A stretch of 64,000 nt of DNA, taken from Chlorokybus atmophyticus. Taxonomy: Eukaryota; Plantae; Mesostigma and Chlorokybus algae. Every line of letters starts with the position of its first letter. The stretch's first letter is position 1. Made by a program: the position numbers and the translations under genes. The notes under the pieces were generated by a model. It made no database searches. It saw only the letters and a list, made by a program, of their open reading frames with translations, and was not told where the DNA came from. The stretch is from contig RHPI01002990.1 in assembly GCA_009103225.1 (NCBI GenBank), forward strand, positions 417,976 to 481,975. Direction: 5' to 3'. Below, piece by piece: positions 56,457 through 64,000 of this stretch.

Positions 56457-59300
56457 TGTTCAGCGAGAATGAGGAGGACTACGGACGCGGCAGCCCTCAC
56501 ACCAATATGCCTCCAGAGGCACAGTGTCTTTTGGCGGGTCGAGGCAGTAGCAGTGCTTACCGTTGTTGCAGCCGTCGCACAACATCATGAGTGCGTCGTT
56601 GTCGGCACTGCCGCACTTCTCGCGACGCTTGCTGCGACTGGGGCGAGGGTGTTAAATGACATCGAAGCCTGCAATGTGTGGCAAATAACATGGAGCACAG
56701 TTCTCCATGCTGTCCTTGAGGCGCTCGCCGTTGTTGCCGAGCAAATCTAGCACTTCAGAGGGGAGTACCTTCAGGACCTTGCAGACGACACGCTTGACAC
56801 TGATGTAAAAAGTGTCGTTGGTTTGGATCATGCGGTAGACATAGTTGCCCGCTTTGAAGCGACGACTGCGCTGTTTGTTCAACCCACTGCGGACGCGTTT
56901 ATAGCGCAGTGTGTCCCGGTGCTGAGCAATGCGGGGATTGCCCATGGCCATGGGGATGACGTGTGCGAATAGGTAAGCGCGCTGTTGCATGTCGTGCAAC
57001 ATAGCCACAGGGTTGTTGAGGTTGTCCAGCACGCGTTCCACCTCCTTTTGTGCGCGGAAGGGGAGTAAGGGTTCCCTGCCAAACAACAGCTGATACGAGC
57101 TGTACATGCGCAAGGAAGCTTGCTTGGACAGTCGATAGCCCAAGGCTATCCAGGGGAGGTAGTCATCCCAGGTGCGCATCTCGTAGTCGATAACGTACTT
57201 GCACAAGGCCTTCTTGATAGTCTGGACCGTATGTTCCGCCAGCCCATCCGCTTGCGGATGGTCACGTAAGGTGCGCCGGTGGTCAATGTAGGAACAATCG
57301 AGCAAGGTGTCGAACTCGCCGCGGAAGTCCGCTCCCTAGTCGGTGATGACTTCAGCGCATGAGCCGAAACGACTAAGCACATGGCCTAGGAAAGCCTAAG
57401 CGGTTCCTTTGTAGCTTTTGTCGGAAAGGGGGACCAGCTCAACCCACTTTGAAAAGTGTTCGAATATGACGAGGATGTACTTGTTGCCAAGAGCTGAGGG
57501 TGCTGAATCTCCAAGGATGTCCAGTTCCCACGGGTAGAACATGCCGGCGATAGGGAGTGGGTGCAGCGTGCTGGTGTGGGTGTCGAGGCTGGCGCGCACC
57601 AGGTCGCAGTGCGTGCAGTTCGCAACAAAGGCACGAACCTGGGTGTGCATGCTATGCCACCAGAACTGGGCACTTACCAAGCTGACGGTGCGCTTGATAC
57701 CGAAGTGCCCCAACTCTATGTGGAGTGCAGCGACAATGCCCTCGCGTCGGTGCGGAGCCGGTACCTCCTTGTCATGGATGTGGACCCGCCGGAACACGAG
57801 TCCATCCTCCTAACGGTAGTTCTGACAACGCTGCCTGACGCGGTCACGCTCGCACGTGCTTAATCCTACCACCTGTTGTCCATGTTGTAAGTAGACTATG
57901 GAGTTCTTGTCCAACCTGATGTTTTGACCTATGTCTACAACCGGGAGTTGGGCATCATCTAGCGTGGTCTATTCAGCTGGGTCGGTGTCGACGGGGGTGA
58001 GCGCTGGCATGTCCTCTGTTTCAGCATCGTCGGAGCCAATCCTGTGATGGTGTCCCGTCCCGAGCGCAATGCAGCTACGGCAAACATGGTGGCCACCTGC
58101 GGTGGTGGTGCCTTTGGACCCAACTCATGTCGGGCACCAGTGGCGTCGTTGGTGGAAAGGTGGGGGTTGCGACTGAGGCCGTCTGCGTCCTGGTTGACCA
58201 AGTCTGCCCAGTGGGTGATCTCGAAGTTGTACCTTTGTAGCAGCAGAGCCCACCTGGCCAACTTGCCTGTAAGGTGCTGGTTGGTCATGAGCCATTGCAG
58301 TGGATGGTGGTCGGTGATCAGTAAGAATTGTCTTCTGAACAGAAAAGGTCTGAAGAAGGAGATGGCCCATACTGCAGCAAGGCATTCGCCTTCGTAACTG
58401 CTATAGTTGGCCTCAGCGCTGTAGTTGCTGCGGCTGGCGTAGGACATCACCCGCTCCCTCTTGTTGTCGTCAAGCTGAACAAATACAGCGCCCATGCCGA
58501 GCTTGCTCCAGTCGGTATGAAGAACAAAGGGTTTGGTGTAATTTGGTCGCTGCAGGATGGGGGCTGAGGTGAGCCTCTGCTTCAGCTCTTCGAAAGCCGG
58601 TTGCTGGGCCTCCTTCCAGCTCCACTTTGTCTCCTTCTTGAGAAGTTTATTGAGGGGGCGCGCCACCTTGGCAAAGTCTTTGACGAACCTCCTGTAGTAG
58701 TTGGCGAGGCCGAGGAAGGCACGCAGTCGGGTCAGGTCTGTTGGGGCTGGGATAGATGCCAACGCCTCCACCTTGACTTGCTGAACGTACACGCCGTTGG
58801 GCACGATCATGTGACCAAGGTAGAGAACTTTGCGGGTAAAAAAAGTGCACTTGTCGGGGTGCACAGTCATCCCTGGTGCCGCAGCTGGTGCTTTGTCGAT
58901 GTCCCGCTGGGGGGGTAAAGTAGTCCCGTTCGCGACAACGGACCACCTGTTCTTGCTGTTTACGGAACTGAGGAGCCCGATCCAGTGCATAAAAGCGGCG
59001 GCATTGCTCACGCCATGAACATGTGTCCAACTCAGGGTCGTTGCCCAGCAAATGCCCGTAACAGTTGAACCACCTGCGGTCCAAGTCGTCCAAGTGGTCC
59101 AGGTTGGACGGCTCTTGGTTGGGTGGTTCCAGCAATGCTGGATGCTCCAGCGCCGACCGGCGGTTGTACACATCCCAGAACATAGTGAGGGTTTCGTTGT
59201 TAATGCGAAGGGTGCGCAAGTCGTGACCAGCTCCCGTCGATGGAGAGGGACAGTGTCGACACCATATAGCAGGGCATCTTCGTTGATCTGTTCAGTCCAA
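56457..59300 (-). mobile_element. Ty3/Gypsy pol remnant: partial RT thumb, RNase H, integrase (HHCC, rve) and C-terminal PHD finger; in-frame stops and deleted RT core
   Basis: HPDKCTFF...LYLGH, RAFLGLANYYRRFV, LHTDWS, YASRS, YEGECLAAVWA, TDH, LARWALLLQ, ADGLSR; HIELGHFG...CTHC; WELD...VITD...HPQADGLAE; LMMLCDGCNNGKHCYCLDPP...WCEGC. No YxDD was found. Confidence 0.93.
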
Positions 59301-59522
59301 AGGTAACGGCTAGTTTACGAAATGACTTAGATCAAGCCTAAGTCGAAACTTGCAGCGGATTAGGTAGCAAGGATTATACTAGGTACCTACGAAGACTGAC
59401 TGACAACTGCTTCGTGTGGGACTCATGCCGGTAGCCGGGGTCGATGTCTGGTTGTAAGCATGACTGATAAAAAGGATTGTCGATGCTGGTAGCACGGGAA
59501 GGACGCCTGGCTGTAGGCATCA

Positions 59523-60584
59523 GCGAGGAAGTTGGCCCCTCCTGGACCGCTGGCATGATGGCACGCAGACTTATGCCACATGTACTCACGTACCTTGTCA
59601 TATCAGCTGGCATGCTTGAACACCAGTACCACCTCGAGAGCTCTCGAGCTGCTTGATGATGATCTTGCGCGTGCTCATGGTTTCATTCAACACAATGTTA
59701 TGGGCCTCTACATGCACTCCTGTCGCATGGCGAACAACATGTCAGGTATGACTAGCTTGCTCTTGTAATGCCACAATCTTCGCTGCACACAAAAATTGTG
59801 TTAGCTTGTTGTATCAAGAGAGAAATCATATGTAAGGTTGACCACACATCGCTAGGCCTTTGTAACAACTTACCAACTTATTAAAATTGGCCAACCACTG
59901 CAATTGAGCACTGGCATACATAACACATAAAGGTTGCGCGTGGCAAACCCCGAAGTAGGTGGCGGTAGGGCCAAAACAAGCAAGCAGTCATGCGATTGAT
60001 ATGCGGGCCAAGGCAGAGCTATGCACAGCTTACTCTAACTCAACACAACCCTTGCGAGGAAGTTGGCCCCTCCTGGACCGCTGGCATGACGGCACGCAGA
60101 CTTATGCCACATGTACTCACGTACCTTGTCATATCAGCTGGCATGCTTGAACACCAGTACCACCTCGAGAGCTCTCGAGCTGCTTGATGATGATCTTGCG
60201 CGTGCTCATGGTTTCATTCAACACAATGTTATGGGCCTCTACATGCACTCCTGTCGCATGGCGAACAACATGTCAGGTATGACTAGCTTGCTCTTGTAAT
60301 GCCACAATCTTCGCTGCACACAAAAATTGTGTTAGCTTGTTGTATCAAGAGAGAAATCATATGTAAGGTTGACCACACATCGCTAGGCCTTTGTAACAAC
60401 TTACCAACTTATTAAAATTGGCCAACCACTGCAATTGAGCACTGGCATACATAACACATAAAGGTTGCGCGTGGCAAACCCCGAAGTAGGTGGCGGTAGG
60501 GCCAAAACAAGCAAGCAGTCATGCGATTGATATGCGGGCCAAGGCAGAGCTATGCACAGCTTACTCTAACTCAACACAACCCTT
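59523..60584 (+). repeat. 531-bp near-perfect tandem duplication (59523-60053, 60054-60584)
   Basis: Identical ORFs at 59580 and 60111 and at 59959 and 60490 (offset 531). One visible SNP (catgaTggc vs catgaCggc). Confidence 0.95.
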
Positions 60585-61550
60585 GCCGATGCTGGAGGCT
60601 GTTGCGCGATCACATCCCCCCCCGGCCGTACATGCTACGTGGCTTCGTTCGAGCTGCGCAGCTTCGTTCGAGCTACGTGGCTTCGTTCGGTCATCACGGC
60701 AGTCATGTCATACGGCATGTACGCAACAGCGCAACCACGCAACCACGCAACAGCATACACACAGCGGGCGCTCCAGGCACATGATGCAGCAACTACATGC
60801 AGCAAGACTTATTGACGTACATGTCCACACTGTCAGTCCCCCTGATACAACAGAGTATGCAAGACGCACTACTCGGTCTTTAAGTAGAACTGTCACAGCA
60901 GGGGATGGTCTTAAGTCCCTCTATTTAAAGCAGGCTCTCAAAGACAAACCTGTGAAGTTTGTCCTCCAATCTTCCTTCGCACACCGCTCCCAACACCGTG
61001 TAACAGCACACATCCTACTACACATAGATCAGAGGAAGGCCCCTTTAACAGCTACTGCCAAGCACCGCTTACACAGTAGTGAGCATAAGGAGCTCAATAC
61101 TTTTGATCATCATGATGTCTGGCAACTGCCAGCATCCTCCTTATATACTCCTATCTGTTGCCTTCCACACGTTGGCAGCAGAGGTGCACCTTACCAGCCA
61201 GCTGCCTAATTGCCCCCTTCACCACATGTGCCGACCTCAGTTATGTGCTTTGCCACCTTCGGCTATGCCGGCAACATATTAATACTGTCAGCGAGTCGAG
61301 AGTGTTAGCGGAGTAAAGACTTGTTGTGTGTTTCACTATTACTTGGTTTTTGAGATCTGCGTATTGGTTTGTTGAGTGAGAGCCAGCAAGCTGCGAGTGG
61401 GGTGTGACGACACATAACAAGCCTTCAACATGTGACCGAGTGCAGTGCCGTTGCATTTGCGACTGTACTAGGAGCTATGTTGTGTGCATGTGCAATGACG
61501 CTTGGGTCCCTCGCATGCATACAATTTGTACATGTATTAAGGCTGGTGTC

Positions 61551-63510
61551 TCACAAGCTCTCAGAGGCTCGCTTCTTGCCCTTATTAAAACCTACACGCT
61601 CCAAGTTCAACTTTTTAACACATGTTGCAACGGTGATGACATTAGCGGGATCCGCTATACGAGCAGCGTCTAACTGGCGCGCAATCTTCGTGGGTGTTAC
61701 TAGCTGACCAGTCTTTACCTGCTGCTCTCGAGCACGATGTTGCAGCACTTCATAAGCACATTTCAGCTCGTGAAAGCGACGGCGATCAAACTTCTTTCGC
61801 TCTTCAGCGCTCAGCTTGTCTAGCGGCTTAATACCATTGAAGTCATCACCGTATTCAATAAGCCGATACAACTGCTCCATGCTCTTCAGAGTACCAAGCT
61901 TTGGGAAAAGACATGCTGTGCTTGCACTCGCTGTTGTAGTCAGCGGAACTGCTGCCATGGGTGCCGATGTGGTGGCTCCAGTGTTGTGCCCGTCATGCAC
62001 AGGTGTTGCTTGCATTGCCGGTTGTCCGAAATATGCAGAAACCCCATAGTCCCAACCAGGCGGCGGAAACTGCACAAAAGAGCGGGGTATCATGCCCGCA
62101 AATGGTCGCATCAAGGGATGCTTTGAAGGACTTGGCTGGACCAGGTCGCAAGGCTCTGCATCTGCGCACACGCCTGTGCAGATTACACCTGCATTTGATA
62201 TATGTACTACGATATATCGAATGCATGCTAGCGCATCGGCCATTGTCCTTCGTCTCAAAAACGTACCACTTGCGGCTGGTGCAGTAGCTGAAGGCGTGTT
62301 GTGCTCCCCGCTTGGTTGGCCAGCACGCACACCTGCGCAGTTGACGATCGCAATTGATAACACGAACACCTGTAACTGATCAGAAACTACAACCACCGTC
62401 CTTACACACAACCAAGAATGCATGCCACTAGTTGAGATTGCTCTGATTAGAACTTTAAGTTCTAATCAGAGCAACCAGCTGCAAATGGTAAGTTCCCACT
62501 TGCAGCTGGTGCAGTAACTGGAGACGTGTTGTGCTCACTTGGTGTACCTGTGCGCACACCTGTGCAGTTGTCGAAAAATCAAACTCCTGCGGCTGATACA
62601 CATGTAGAATGCATACTCACGCACAACCACTTTGTATGCAAGTGCCATGCTGGAGTGTGTATGGTCATTGTTAAAAACTAACCATTTAAGGCTGGTGCAT
62701 TTGCATTGCCTGGAGACGTGTTGTGCTCCTTACTTGGGCGAACACCAGGCGGTGCCGCAGCTTCGCACACTGCATGATACACACACAACTTCAGTCGGCG
62801 CAAAAAGTTGAAGAAGATTAGATAATTAATGCACCATTGGCAACAATGAATAACTTACTGTTCGCTGCAGAAGTTGCAGCATTTTGTGGTGTGGATGGCG
62901 TCGTTGTCGTATCATTGCACGTGCTGCATGTGTTCCCTGTAGCACCTGCAGGGCCTACCGATGAATGGAAGGTTGTCAAATACGAACCTCAATGCATGAG
63001 AGAGCGAATGACTCTGGCACAGGGTGCATTTACTTGCTGCCACACCGGTTGCGGTTGTCTGGTTCGCTGTATCTGCGAGCAACGCAAGACTGGTTGGCAA
63101 CATCTCCGCAGGGGTTATCACTTCCTGCACGGTTAGAAGTAGACAGGTAGACGCCCACACGCACAGGCAGACAAAGACCCACATACGCATTGGTGACAGT
63201 TAATGCCGACACCGCCGCGCATGCGCACGTTCGCACACGCAAGCATACATGCACGCACTCATACACAACGACGCTGACGCACATGCACACGGACCAGCAG
63301 ACGTATGCACACGCGTGCACGCGCCACCAGCATGCGCCCATCAGCATGTGTACGCGCACACACGCACATGACTGCACATCAGGGCTGTAAGCATGTAGAT
63401 ACAAAGCTTACTAGCTGTTGTGGATGTTGCAACGCCTTGTGGTGTGAATGGCATTGGCGTGGCATTGTTGCACGTGCTCCATGTGTTCTCTTCAACACGT
63501 GAAGGGCCTG
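61551..63510 (-). CDS. Multi-exon gene with repeated Thr/Pro/Ala-rich mini-exons and a C-terminal domain resembling GCR1_C
   Basis: The last exon ORF ends LFPKLGTLKSMEQLYRLIEYGDDFNGIKPLDKL...RRRFHELKCAYEVLQHRA...TPTKIARQLDAAR. Upstream spliceable paralogous mini-exons read EHNTSPVTAPAASG / EHNTPSATAPAASG and NTWSTCNNAT / NTCSTCNDTT. Confidence 0.45.
62438..62474. repeat. Perfect 18-bp hairpin with 1-nt loop (intronic)
   Basis: ttgctctgattagaactt-t-aagttctaatcagagcaa. Confidence 0.95.
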
Positions 63511-63562
63511 CAGCATTGGACAGGTAGTTGTCATTGAGGGAGCCCCTCACGCGCACGCGCGC

Positions 63563-63564
<2 letters not shown>

Positions 63565-63600
<36 letters not shown>
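63565..63600 (+). repeat. (GA)18 microsatellite
   Basis: Direct reading. Confidence 0.97.
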
Positions 63601-63603
<3 letters not shown>

Positions 63604-64000
63604 GGTGCCACGCCATCAGGGGGTGTCCGATTGGCTGTGCTTGGGCACACTGCAGGGCGACGGGTTGTTAGCTCAATAATGCATACCACTGCGTGCGCGT
63701 GCAGCAAGCAAGCAAACATGCAGATGCCCACGTGCCGACCCCGACACCGGCCGACTCTGACACATGCCGACGCCTACGCCGACACGCATTCGCATTGTCA
63801 CAAGCACACACGCAGATACATACGCACATTGGCTCAAGCAGATGCGGGTGCAACGTACGCTCACGCATGCGCACGCGTTGGCGGACACATGCGTGCGCGC
63901 ACGCACGCAGTCACAAGTTTGTACACTGTTTGACTGACATATGCGCGCCTCAGGTGTGCTTTTGTGCGCATGGTGCTTAGCACCATGCGCACAAAAGCAC

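Noticed and set aside
61060-61130. SEHKELNTFDHHDVWQL resembling the start of a Copia RT
   Set aside because: No further RT motifs follow, so the match is too short to support.

Overview
This is eukaryotic genomic DNA, probably from a green-lineage alga (inferred from a plant-type tRNA-Arg, short spliceosomal introns and a PHD-bearing Ty3/Gypsy integrase). It contains three N gaps. An intact gene island at ~35-48 kb holds a BBE-like FAD oxidoreductase (+), an Mpv17/PMP22 protein (-), a low-complexity hypothetical gene (+), a histidine phosphatase/PGM-like gene (-) and mitochondrial lipoyl synthase (+). Repeat-rich DNA flanks the island. Left side: a spliced CACTA/EnSpm transposase running off the window start (absent from the ORF track), a 460-bp solo-LTR-like insertion with a 5-bp TSD that carries a tRNA-like Pol III cassette, a foldback element, and tRNA-Arg(UCG). 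It also holds a ~7.6-kb quasi-palindrome (3.6/3.4-kb arms) that resolves as a duplication-inversion-duplication of a large unknown multi-exon gene, three copies of an unclassified repeat module, and a captured fragment of the FAD gene behind three tight hairpins. Right side: degenerate DNA, nested Ty3/Gypsy remnants (one with a PHD-finger integrase), a 531-bp tandem duplication and a gene ending in a possible GCR1_C-like domain. At least two, probably three, of 18 host-gene introns use GC donors. All family assignments come from manual motif recognition; no searches were run.
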